In this document: positions 1 through 13,247 of the stretch, one piece after another
How the letters are laid out: every line of letters begins with the position of its first letter
How positions within the stretch are numbered: position 1 is the first letter of the stretch
From: Adineta vaga
Taxonomy: Eukaryota > Animalia > Rotifera
DNA: 64,000 nucleotides
Direction of reading: 5' to 3'
Assembly (NCBI GenBank): GCA_021613535.1
Contig: CP075497.1
Location: 7,564,001-7,628,000 of the forward strand
Program-made: the position numbers and the translations under genes
Notes under the pieces: model-generated
Databases searched by the model: none
Seen by the model: only the letters and a program-made list of their open reading frames with translations
What the model was told of the DNA's origin: nothing

Positions 1-89
1 TCTACGAATGTATAAAGTTAAAGAAGAAATTTAGTAAATCACTTTTTTTTCTTCTATTTATTTTTACATCCATAGATAAATAAATATTC

Positions 90-2425
90 ATGTGGATCTT
101 CCAACTAATTTGTTTGATTATCTCTCTAATTCCATCAATAAATACGATCTTAGACGATGACATTTTATTTGATATTAAATGGCAACCAGAATTAACATCG
201 GTAAGAAAAATTAAATCTTACGAAATATGCATATTTTAATGTTTGTTTGTTTTTTAGTCAATTGAACTTGATAATAGTTATACATTTACATCTAAACGAA
301 ATGAAAACTATTTGTGTGTTTTACCCAAAACTGAAACGATAGTTCCGGTAAGATATGATCATATTGTTTGTTTCCATGAAATTTCAAATTTCATTTATAG
401 GTATCAACGGAAACAATTGCATTTGCAGAAGTTGTAAAATTATTAGAAGGTTTACATGCAAAGAAATTATGTGCTTATCGAGTAAGATTCTTCTATTCAT
501 TGAATTTGTTTTAATAAAATTACTTTCAGTTGGATCCGTATTGGACATATGAATTATGTCATGGTGTTCATATTCGACAATATCATGATTCGAAAGTAGC
601 AGGAAAAGTAAGAATTTCATTTCATTCGAAAAGATCGATGATTCTTTTTCGTTTTAGAAATCTCTTCTGTTAGAATATTTTTTAGGATATTATCATTCGG
701 ATAATCAGGATATTATTAATGATTCGGACGGAAAACAAGTATTAAAAGTACGATGTCTTAGAAATCATGAAAGTTTCATTCGCAAAATTGAACTAAATAA
801 ATTTCTTTAGATTCATTATAAAAATATTGATAATAAGAAAACTCCATCGCTAGCTGTTCGATATACAGATGGTACACCATGCGATATAAAGTCTAATCAA
901 CCACGTGAAACTATTGTTTATTATAGTAGATATAATCTTCGGCAAATGTTGATAGAAATTATTTGATTTAAATTTAGTCTGTGATGAACGTGGCAATGAT
1001 GTTATCTTAAATTTCGAAGAAATATCAACATGTTACTATGAAATGACGGTTGCATCGCGATGGCTTTGTAAATTACCAGCATTCAGGTATCATTTATTCG
1101 TGGAATAGAAATGATTTTTAGCACAAAATTTTCTCACTTATGAACAATCTGTTGATTGATTCGAGATTGCTCATAGAATCAATATTTCAAATGAAATATT
1201 ACAACACGATCGAGTCGATCTAAACTAAGATTTTTTTGTCTTCGATAAACGATGCGATTATTCGTTTATTTTCTTCTAGCCCAAGTGAAGTAAATCGATA
1301 CAATATAAACTGTTATCCAAAAGAAAATGCACGTCAAAAGCCGCGTAATTTAAAAAAACTTGAAGATGAACGACAAATGTCATTAAAAAAAGGTGGTCGT
1401 GCACAATTCACGGTAAAAACTTTGATTGTGCAATTCTTGATTGTGCAATTACAACCCCATGACATATTTATACCTAGATGACAAGCGCAGACGGAACGAC
1501 ATTTATTATTGCATATGAATATGCTAATGATGCAGATCTTGATGAATTAACCGAAGCAGCTACTCGTGAATTAACCAATAAAGTTACTCAAGCAAGTTCG
1601 ACTGAACATTTTGCCACACCAAGCGATCAAACAGTTCGACAACAACCACAACAACAGCAACCACCATTAGGAAATTTAGGAACAGATGTTGATCGTGAAT
1701 TTCTTGAAGGTTTTCTTTCTGGTCGAGAATGTTTACCCGGTGGATCAGGCTGGTGGCGATATGAAATTTGTTATGGCAAACATGTGATACAATTTCATGT
1801 AAAGAATTTCGAAATTTTGATCAAAGGAAACCAAAAGAAAAGAAATTTTTTGCTTTATAGGAAGAAGGGCAACATCGTACATCGATTTTACTTGGAACAT
1901 GGAATCGTGAAAAACATATTGAATGGCTAAATAAAAATCCGAAGAAAAGACTTGCAGGAAATATTCGAGATCGACAGTAAGCGAAAAAGCGTTCATCATT
2001 AATTTGTATGATTATGGTATTCGAATTATTTAGATTTGTTTCATTGTATTATACTAATGGTGATGTATGTGAAATGACTAAAACTCGACGTGTTGTTGAA
2101 GTAAAACTACGGTAAAGAAATTTATTCGAAAAGAAAAGACAAACAATATTTTTCATTTCGTTTTTCGCATAGTTGTGCAAAGAATGTGGAGAAATCTCAT
2201 GCAACATCTATGTATTTAGTTGAGCCGGAAACGTGTTCTTATGTAATGGGAGTATGTATTTGATTGTTTAAAAATTAATTTAATCTAATTTTTTAATACT
2301 TATAATAGGTTGAATCATCCTTATTTTGTAATTTAATTGATTATACAGATGAATACGGTATACCTGATCGTGAAAAATTAATGAAACGTTTTCAACAACA
2401 ACAACAACAACAGCCAAAAAACTAA
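90..2425 (+). CDS. ERLEC1: Endoplasmic reticulum lectin 1 (XTP3-B/erlectin), two MRH domains, multi-exon
   Basis: ATG at 90 gives a signal peptide (MWIFQLICLIISLIPSINT). Spliced exons give two MRH signatures: [24 protein letters not shown] and CLPGGSGWWRYEICYGKHVIQFH...VVEVKLRC...YLVEPETCSYVMGVESSLFC. Stop TAA at 2423-2425. Confidence 0.88.
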
Positions 2426-2573
2426 ACTTTGTCAATTGTTTTGTTCAGTTTTTTTTCTTTAATTGGAGAATGTATATCGCGTCTATTTATTGTTTTGTCT
2501 TTTCCATAATGTGAGTTTTAAAACTACTACTGATTGTATTTCTAGATAAAATAAAGAAAAAAAAAGAACAGAT

Positions 2574-5500
2574 ATGGATTCATTGAAAAATTTTGTTCGA
2601 TACAGTTGGAATTCTTCAACAAAAATACGAACAAGTGTCGTTAATGATCTTATCGAAACAATAAAAACCAATCAAACAGATGGTAAGTTCCAATGAAGAT
2701 TTTAAATTTCAATTATCTCATATCTTTTTCTTTTCAAAATCAAAATTAAAGATTTTTCTGATCCTGCTTTGAAAATCTTGGCACATACCATCGGTCAATT
2801 GATTCCGTTATATACAACAACGAAATCACGTATTCTTCTTAGTCAACTTCTGGATGAAGTTGTTAGAAGATATAAAGAAAGAATTTTAAAATCGATTATC
2901 AATGTATTCGATATACAATCACGAGCAATTTGTAAAGTGCATTCACAGTATGTCATTTGTTGTCTTTGATTTGAAAAAGAAATTTCGTATCGATTTTTCT
3001 TTAGTCGAAATGCACGAGTTCAAGCTGATTATGGATTTTTATATATGTCGAGAATAACAATCGCTAGTAATGGAATAACAATCGATGAAGAGACTGATAA
3101 ATTGATTGTAAGATTTGATGAATGTTAAATGTATATTGATTTTTGTTTTCTGCTTTTTCTAGTTATTAATCTTTTCAAGGTTTACTTCGACTTTATTGGC
3201 TGATTCATCGAGCTTGACAGGAATGAAATTAGTCGATAAACGTTTGAAATATTTATTCAAACAGGTATGAACTAGCTCATGAACTAGAATTGAAATAAAT
3301 ATAAAATGCATTGTAGGTGCCAACATTATCAGAACGTTGGGTAACTTCATTGAAATCGATCAGTGAACTTGATTTAGCTCATTTGGGTTTGATTAGTGCT
3401 CTTCTTTATCGATTTAAAACCAATGAACCAAAATTATACGAACAAGTCAAAGTAAACAATTATTGTTTTTTTTATTAATGAAAAGAAAGTTGATTTATTA
3501 TTAGACAATTGGTATCGATTCTTATACAAAATTAATTCTTGGTACACGAACAAAACCATATGATACAGCTTTAAAGCCTTGCAATGAAATTATTAATTCA
3601 ATTGATATTGAAACATTTAAAACAAATGTTTACCCAGTTTTGAATCGATCACTTCTTCGCAATCCTGAAATTATTATCGAAGGTCAGCTCTATTTCATTA
3701 GTAGGAATTTTCTATAATATTTCATTTTTAAATAGCTGTACCAATGTTACTTAGTAACGTAGAATTCGATTTAAGTTATACTGCGATGGAACTTGCTAAA
3801 CTTCTAGCTCGTAAGTTTTTGATCGTCTTGAAATTATTCAGTTATTTTTATTCAAATTTAACTAGCACCATTGGTATCCAAAACTGAAAGTTTAGAAGCA
3901 TCAGCATTAGCATCATTTCGAGCTCTCGCTAAACAAATTACCAACGGTGAAATAACAATCAATATAGTCCAATATTTATTCAATATTCTCAATGGTTTGT
4001 ACATATGTATTGATCATCATCATCATTGATAAAATTTGTTTCAATTAGGAACGGATTCATCTGTGAGTAAACTTTCGGTGATAAGTCAACGTGAAAATAT
4101 TTTAAATGCAATTGGAGCATTGAGCCGATCACCGAGTACCAATATTTCTCAAGAAGATATTTTGAAATTATTTGAAAAATATTTCTATTCAATGATTCAA
4201 CAAGAAGTACATGAAGGTCTTATTTGTCATATGTTACAACAAATGACAAATTGGTGTTCAAGATTAACAACTGTTAATCAAACATTAACAGACTTTTTCA
4301 AAGTAATTCTTTGTTTTTTTTAATCGATATCTTATTCATATTTGTCTATGTTTGAATGATAGAAAGGATTAGAACAAAAGAATAGTTCAGCAATTACACG
4401 AACAGCATATCTTCAATGTATGTTAGTGACATATAAAGGTAAGCAATAGTATACATTTCTGTAATCTCGATGAATTGAGAATCCGTTTTCTTTCTGCTAT
4501 AGAGGATAGTTTAACATCATTGATACCGTTACATTCAACATTAATGGCATCTTATGAACGTGGTCTTAATCAACCAACATTAATTCATTGTTTACATGAA
4601 GCTTTATTAGCAGCATTGATAATGATTAATATTGCTCAAGCAAATTCAGCTTATGGTAAGATGTAAATAGAGAATAGATTCATTTAAAACAATTATGTCA
4701 TTTGTCAGGTAGTAAATTGACATCTTTATGGTCAACATTGAACGATAGTAAACGACAAATATTTACAAATGAAAAATTTCAACGAGAAATCAATCCAGCT
4801 GGTTAGTACCTTCTATTTAATACATCATTGATGATCTTTACACGCAAGATTTTTCAGGTGCTCGTGCGTACTTTCAATTGTATGAACAACTTCATGGAAC
4901 ATTACATATTCAAGATATGGGGTATAGCTTATAGACTTCGATTTTTCATGTCAATATATATTTGTTTTTTAGACCATATACTCGAACGTTTATCTATATA
5001 ATTTTACATTCATCGTATGAAGTACGAAAATCAGCCTATGATATCATTCGTCGTCTCGTTAATAACCTACGTTCCAATGAAACAGATATTAGTCTAGCTC
5101 TTCTCAGTGGTTTAGATTCATATCTTGATCATTATCAACTATCAGTAAGATTAGATTTTATTTTCAATCGAATTCTGTTTTCATCTTCTTCTTCTTCTTC
5201 AGAATGAATCAGTGGCGAGTACTGATGAGACGAATCAACAAATGAAATTGACAATTGTTTCGAAGGGTTTTGAAGAAACAGTATTATGCTTAGCTAAATC
5301 TATGCGAATGCAAGATGAAAAACTGAAAATTATGCTTTGTGTTCGAGCATTACTTATTTGTTGTTTAAGTTCTCAAATTCTTTCAACCGATGAAAGACTT
5401 TGGATAAAATTTCTTTATCTAATTTTCGATAAACAACAAAAAGAAATCGAGAAATTTTTTAACAATAATGTGAATCTGTTAATAGAAACATGTACGGCCA

Positions 5501-8500
5501 ATCAACGATTACAAAAAGTAAAAATATCAAGATTCGATTATTTCAACACTTTCGCATCTTTTCTTCTCTAGAGTCAAATATCAGCTATTGGTCTATTATG
5601 TTCACTGAAACGTGAACTTTTCTTAGAATCTTTTCTTCAAATTGCTTATCAACGTCTTGACACTGATCGGTACCGATCAGTCAATCAAAAATCTTACGAA
5701 ATTATGAAAACACCATCTGGCCAGTTATATGATAAGAATTTAATGGAAACGTAAGTTAAAAACTAATCATTGTATTCAATTTTATAATAAATCAATTCTT
5801 TAGAATATTAAAACATGAAGCTAAAGATACAGGAAATGTAAAACGCGAAAGTAAAAATTATTCATATAAAGAACAAATGGCAGCAAGAGAATTAGAAAAA
5901 GAATTAGCAGCTAAACAGAGTAAAACAGAGATACCACAATTAACAAAAAAACAACAAGAAATGCTGCAACAACAACTTGATCAAGAGCAAATCATACGAG
6001 ATAATACAAAAAAAGTAAAATGTTCTTCTTTCATCTTCTCTTCCTCCTGATGATGCTTTCTTATTTTCTCTTAGATTGATGAAGATGCGAAGAATATTTT
6101 TGAACTTCTCACAACTATTGTTCAAAATACACAAGAACAATTTATTCCTTATCTTGGCGAACTTGTTGTTCATATCTGGCCAGCTTTACAATCACCATTA
6201 GCATTTAATTATGCAAAAGATTTATATATCTTCCTTGTACCAATTGTTTTCATGAATGATAAAGATACATTCGGTAAGAGAATGATTTTTTCTCTATTGA
6301 ACAAAAACAGCGATTATATTTTTTGTTAAAGGTTATGCAATTGCTAATTTGGCTATTCGATTGAATTGTAGTCCATCAACTGTGAATCAACAAATAGAAA
6401 AACGATGGTTACAAGAAGATCTTTCAATAGCAACAGAACGTTTATTAATACGTTTATATGAAAATACACAACAAGCAAAAACATTTAATCAATTATCAAT
6501 TGCAAGATTGGATTATTGTTTACCATTATTTAAAGTCTGTTTTATCGATATTTTATCTATTTATGTGGTGAATGAATTTTGTTTGTAGAAAATTGTTAGT
6601 CATTCAAAATGTACAACAGAATGGGTTACATCAATCCAAAATATTTGTCGGGAATACTTTTCTGCTGTTTCAACTACTGATCCCGATGTAAGTTTATACA
6701 AACAGAATTTCTGATGACAGAAATTGTTACATATCTCATGTATATCTGTTTTTCTTGTAGAATCATCCATCATTATTACCACGTTGTGATCTTATTCGTT
6801 TATTTCTCGACATAAATGCCATATCAAAATCAGTACAGGTTCAAGTAAGTGGAATGTTTTTCTTCATAATTAAAGAATCATAATTAATTATTATTCAGAA
6901 CGATGCAACTGAATTACTTGAAAAACTATGTGAATTATGTTGTACTTATGAAAGTGATGAGGATATTCAAGTTTTACTTGACAATCTTCGTTCACCAATT
7001 CCTAGTGTGCGAGAAAGTTGTATTCTAGTAAGTAATTTTAATTTAAAATGAATATCAAACTTATTGTATTGATATATTTTCGATTAGTCATTAAAAAAAT
7101 TGGTTACACAATTAAATACAGCACATCCAGATCTTCAAGCTGATATTGCACGTCGATTACTAATTGCTTGTGAAGATTTAGAAGAGCGTGTGAAAAATAT
7201 TGCTATCGAGTATGATAGAAAGAATAGAAATGAAGTGATGAAATTTTATTCTTTTGTAGATTATGGCCTCAAACAAAATTATCTGTTAAAGCTGACAATG
7301 TTAAAGATTTTCTCAAAGATATTGTTCATCCTGATCTAACAGTTCGTGAACCAGCAACATGTGCATTACCTAAATTATTAGAAACATCACATCGTCAATT
7401 AGTTCCATTTATTCTTCATGATCTTTTCGATATTTATATGAAAAATAATAAAGTTAGTTGTAATTGTTCTCTAAATAATAATTCATATACATATTTATTA
7501 TTAATATAGCTTCCATCATCATCAGTTGATCAATTTGGACGACAACTTGAAGCAAAACCAATTGATACATGGGAACCACGTGCTGGTGTTGCTGGATGTC
7601 TTTTTCATATGGCAGCACTTGTTGGAGATAATATTGAAGAATTATATAAATTTTATGTTCAAACAGCATTAAATGATCGTAATGTTGATGTAAGAAGTGA
7701 AATGCTTCGAGCTGCAACAACTACGATTGAATTCATGGACGAGTATGTATTTCTTGTATTGACACTTGGTTTTTAAATTCTTTTTTCGTAGGAGAACTTA
7801 ACAATGTTATTACAAATTATGGAAGATTTTCTTAAAGAAGCACCTAAAACAGCTGATTATGATTCCGTTCGACAAAGTGTCGTTATTCTTATGGGTAAAC
7901 TAGCGAAAGATATGGATAAAGATAGTACAAAAGTAAAAAATATTCTCGGCCAACTTATATCAACATTGAAAACTCCATCGCAACAAGTAAATCATAACAA
8001 AAATTCTTTTTCTTTTCAAACATCGATTTAAAATATCTATATTTATAATTAGGTTCAAGCTGCTGTTGCAGATTGTCTTCCACCTTTAGTTCCAGCTATT
8101 AAAGAGGAAGCTGGTGCTTATATTCAACAATTACTTAGTCTTTTACTTCAATCACAAGATTATGCTGAGAAAAAAGGTTAGATTCATTTTGAGGAACTAT
8201 TCATTGACATACTATTTGATTGTTTTAGGAGCTGCTTATGGTCTAGCTGGTTTTATTAAAGGTTTAGGTATTCTTTCTGTTAAACAATACAATGTTCTTA
8301 CAGAATTAACCGAAGCTATTCAAGATAAAAGCAATGCAAGACGACGAGAAGGTTAATTTGAGAAATTTATTTTCTTCTTTTATTAATAAATTTTGTTTGA
8401 TTTCTAGGTGCACTCTTTGGTTTAGAAATGTTAACAACAATGTTAGGTCGTTTGTTTGAAGTTTATATTGTTAACATCTTGCCACATTTACTTCTATGTT

Positions 8501-11500
8501 TCGGTGATAATGATGCTAAAGTTCGTGATGCAGCAGAAGATTGTGCAAGAGCAATTATGAGCAAATTAACAAGTCATGGCGTGAAGATTGTTTTACCGGG
8601 ACTTTTGAAAGGTTTAGAATCAGATTTATGGCGAACAAAATGTGGAGCAGTAGAATTACTTGGTAAGTTAATCGTTAATTAGGCTAATTTGTTGTCTCGA
8701 AATGATTGTAAACTTTACAGGTGCAATGGCTCATTGTGCTCCAAAACAATTATCAACTTGTTTACCAAGTATTGTTCCCAAATTAATCGAGGTTCTTACT
8801 GATTCACATCAACGTGTACAAAAAAGTGGTACACAAGCATTGAAACAAATCGGTTCTGTTATTAAAAATCCTGAAATTCAAGGTACATTTTCAACATTCT
8901 ACCGTTTAAAACAGATACATAGTTGTTTTTCTTCTAGCAATCGTTCCTGTTCTTCTTGATGCTTTACAAGAACCAACAAAAAAGACTCAAGCATCACTTC
9001 AAATATTAATTCAAACACGTTTTGTTCATTTTATTGATGCTCCATCACTGGCCTTGATTATACCTGTAGTTGAACGTGCTTTTCAAAATCGTTCAACAGA
9101 AACAAGAAAAATGGCTGCACAAATTATTGGCAATATTTATTCATTGACAGATTCAAAAGTATTATATCAGAAAGAAAAAAATGTCTTGTTTTAATTTTAT
9201 TTATGTTTATTCTACAATAGGATCTTGCACCATATTTAGCAAATATTCTTCCGGGTTTAAAAACATCTTTACTCGATCCTGTTCCTGAAGTTCGTGCTGT
9301 TTCAGCACATGCACTCGGTTCAATGGTTCGTGCAATGGGTGAAGAAGCTTTTCAAGAGATCGTTCCATGGTTAATGGAACATCTCGTTTTGGAATCAAGT
9401 CCTGTTGATCGTTCAGGTGCTGCACAAGGTTTAAGTGAAGTTATATTTGGTCTTGGTGCTGATCGATTAGAAAAATCAATGAAAGAAATCATCGATCGAT
9501 CACAACAACTTGATCTAGCTGCACATGTTCGTGATGGTTATATGATGATGTTTATCTATTTACCAATTAGTTTTGGAGAAAAATTTATTCCATACGTTGG
9601 CAAAATTGTTCCACCAATCTTGAAAGTAAATTCAGAAAAGTTGTAACATTGATCAATAATCAATTGTTTCTGTATGATTTTAGGGATTAGCGGATGAAAC
9701 AGAATTTGTTCGTGATACAGCATTAAGAGCTGGTCAACGTATTATTAATAGTTATGCAGAAACAGCTATATCATTGTTCGTACCAGAACTTGAACAAGGT
9801 CTCTTCGATGATAATTGGCGTATCCGTTACAGTTCAGTACTATTATTGGGAGAATTGGTATTCAAAGTTTCTGGTGTTACTGGCAAAGCAACAACAGAAA
9901 GTGTTGACGAAGACGATAATTTTGGTTCTGAATATGGTTTACAAGCTATTACACATGCATTAGGTCGTGAACGACGTGACAGAGTTTTATCAGGTAGATA
10001 TCAATAATAGCATGTTTTTGTTTTCTAATAATATATGAATTTAAATAGGTTTATATATGGGTCGATCGGATATTGCTATGACAGTACGACAATCAGCTTT
10101 GCATGTATGGAAAACAATTATATCGAACACACCACGCACATTGCGAGAAATTTTACAAACATTATTTACACTTCTATTGGGTTGTTTGGCAAGCTCAAAT
10201 TATGATAAAAGACAGGTATAGATGAATAATATTACATCGATTCATTCATTTTCTTCTTTTTGAATTAGATTGCTGCAAGAACATTGGGTGATTTGGTTAG
10301 AAAATTAGGTGAACGAGTATTACCAGAAATTATTCCCATTCTCGAAAAAGGTCTTGATTCACCACAAAGTGATCAACGTCAAGGTGTTTGTATTGGACTT
10401 AGTGAAATTATGACGGCATGCAGTCGTGATTATGTAAGAATTTATCTTTTAATTTTCGATATTCAAACAATTCAAATTCATTCTTCAAATACCGTATATC
10501 TATTATTTAGATCATCGCTTTTTCAAGTACGATTATTCCAACTGTTCGACGTGCTTTACTTGACCCCTTAGTTGAAGTTCGTCAATCAGCTGCAAAAACA
10601 TTTGAAAATCTTCATTCAAGTATTGGTACTCAAGCTCTGGATGAAATTTTGCCATATCTATTAAATGTTATGCAAAAGGATCCTGTACCCAATGGTACAA
10701 CACCAGCCAAATCACAAGAAGATGGAGAGATTGGAGAACATGAAGAAAGTGAACGTGATTATGCACTCGATGCTTTACAACGTATTATGCAATTAAAAGC
10801 TCGTGTTGTTTTACCATATCTTGTTCCACATTTAATTCAACCACCAGTTGATATCAAAGCATTGGCTAGTTTAACATTAGTTGCTGGTGATGGATTAGCC
10901 AGACATTTAAATCGTATTATTCAAGCAGTTATTACACATATTGCTGAAGAAAAAGATCCTGATGCTAAACAAAAACATATTTATTATGCTGAACAATTGA
11001 TGTCATCAGTTTGTTGAATCAAAATTTACTCATTTTATATTAAATCATATTGTTTTTTCTTCTTCTTCTTCTTTAGATCAATGATCTTGATAGTATTCTT
11101 ATTATCATACGTGAATTACAAGATTTCTCACGTTCACCTAAAGTTAATGTTCGATTAGTAACAATTGATTTATTATTATCGTTTTGTAAACAATCGAAAG
11201 GTACTCATCAAGAATATATTGATGATCTTCTACGTATTGCTATCAATTTATTAAATGATGAAAATGAACAAATACTTAATACTGCTTGGGATTGTGTGGA
11301 TATTATCATCAAAGTAAGCGTGAAATTAAAATTGATTGTTTTCGTTTCTTTATTAATGAAAAAAAAATCTTTAAGGATATGGATCAATTAGAATTACAAA
11401 AACGTTTACCAATGGTTCGACAAGCATTACGTACTGCTCAATCAAACGGTCGAGAACGTGGTCGACTTGTTGGCTTATGTATACCGAAAAAGGTTTGAGT

Positions 11501-12319
11501 TAAAGATATTTAAAACTTTCTACTAGAATTTTACTGTTTAGGGTATTGGATGTATTCTACCTATTTATAAAGAATGTATCCTCAATGGTCCACCTGAATT
11601 ACGTGAATCAGGTGCTAATGGTTTGAATGAAGCTATTAACTTATCAGAGTAAGACATCATTGTTTGCTTTCAGTCATAGTTAATCTTTTTTTCGTTCACT
11701 TTTTACAGTGCGGAAGCTTTGAAATCATCGATTATGAATGTAACAGGTCCTTTAATTCGTGTACTAGGTGAACGATTTAGTACCGATATCAAAGTGGCTA
11801 TTCTTGAAACCTTGAGTACATTTATGGCAAAAGTAAGTTTAACTAAAATGAATAAGGCTTCTTTTCTGTTGTTCTATTCGATAAATGACGTGATTCTATT
11901 TATTAGGTTGGTGTTCAATTGAAACCATTTTTACCTCAACTTCAACCAACACTCCTTAAAGGTCTTAATGATCCTGCACGTCAAGTTCGTGCGAAAGCTG
12001 GTAATGCTCTTGGATTATTAAGTCAAATTCATGTACGAATCGATCCAATATTTGTTGAATTATTAAATGGATTAAAAATGAACGATGATGCATCATTCAA
12101 GTAAGATTCAATTTTCATTTGACTAAATTCTAGTCTTTCTTTTGTAGGGAAACTTATTTATTAGCTTTGAAGAATTGTTTAACAGCTGTTGCTTCAAAAC
12201 TTTCTGATGATGTGAAAAAACAAACCGAACAATCACTAAACAATTGCCAAACAAACGAAAGTGATATTGTTCGACAACTAGCATCAAATTGCAAGGAAAT
12301 TCTCTTATCATCTAATTAA
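2574..12319 (+). CDS. GCN1: GCN1, HEAT-repeat activator of eIF2-alpha kinase GCN2, many short introns
   Basis: Hallmark peptides: [117 protein letters not shown] at 2574, TAA at 12317-12319. Confidence 0.96.
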
Positions 12320-13247
12320 AACTTGCAAAAGACAAAAATAAGAAAATAGACAAACAGTTTCATTGAGTTTTGTTTTTCTTTCCGACTGTTTTTTAAAAAA
12401 AATATATATTACAACTTGGATGATTTGTTATTTCCGATGAAATAAAAACAAAAGGAAATCGTTTTCAACGTGTCGTATCATCAATATCCATGACATCACA
12501 AGAAAGATATCAAGTAAATAGAATGAATTTATCTATCTGTTCGTTACATAGTCATACTTTTGCGACAGATTGCATGATGACACATGAAAACTAATTATTC
12601 TGTCGTCATTTTTATTGAATGTAATGGCAAATGTTGACTCAAGCACTTCGAACGAGTTGTAACGAGATGAATCTTTGATTCTAGGATGACATTTTATTTC
12701 GTTCTTTTACCTTGTATGTGATCCATAAAAAATAATGATGTCGTATTTTGATCAGTACCAATAAAAATCTATTTTCATTTGTTAACCTTTTCCTGTAAGT
12801 TATCTAAACATTATCAACAGAATTGTGAAGATTCTACGGAGATATTTGCATAAAATATGGTTAAATAATACAAGGGAGGATTAGATTAAATATCATTCTT
12901 TCTTTTCAAATCAGTCAATCTCAAAGAAGTAACATGCTTTGCATACATGTTTCTTGTTAAGTAACTAAGATTTTTGCGTTCTTTTTTCTTCTTTTCTTTT
13001 TCTTTGTTTTAAGCGATTGCATAAAGAAGTTTTTTTCATACTCAATATTTTCTTCTACATACAGATTGACTTTTAACTAACGAAGCAGAACGATTAAACA
13101 AGTCTTTTATTTAAAGTACAATACTATTGGTAATCATTTTTCATTTTAAAGAGACCTCGACAAGCTGTAGTAATCAACACACATTCACACAGACTATATA
13201 TATATATTGTTCTTATCTAATATTCAAAGAGCGGTTTTTTTTCTACA

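Noticed and set aside
1422-1450. Tandem duplication TTGATTGTGCAATT in an ERLEC1 intron
   Set aside because: Two-copy slippage duplication with no sign of function.
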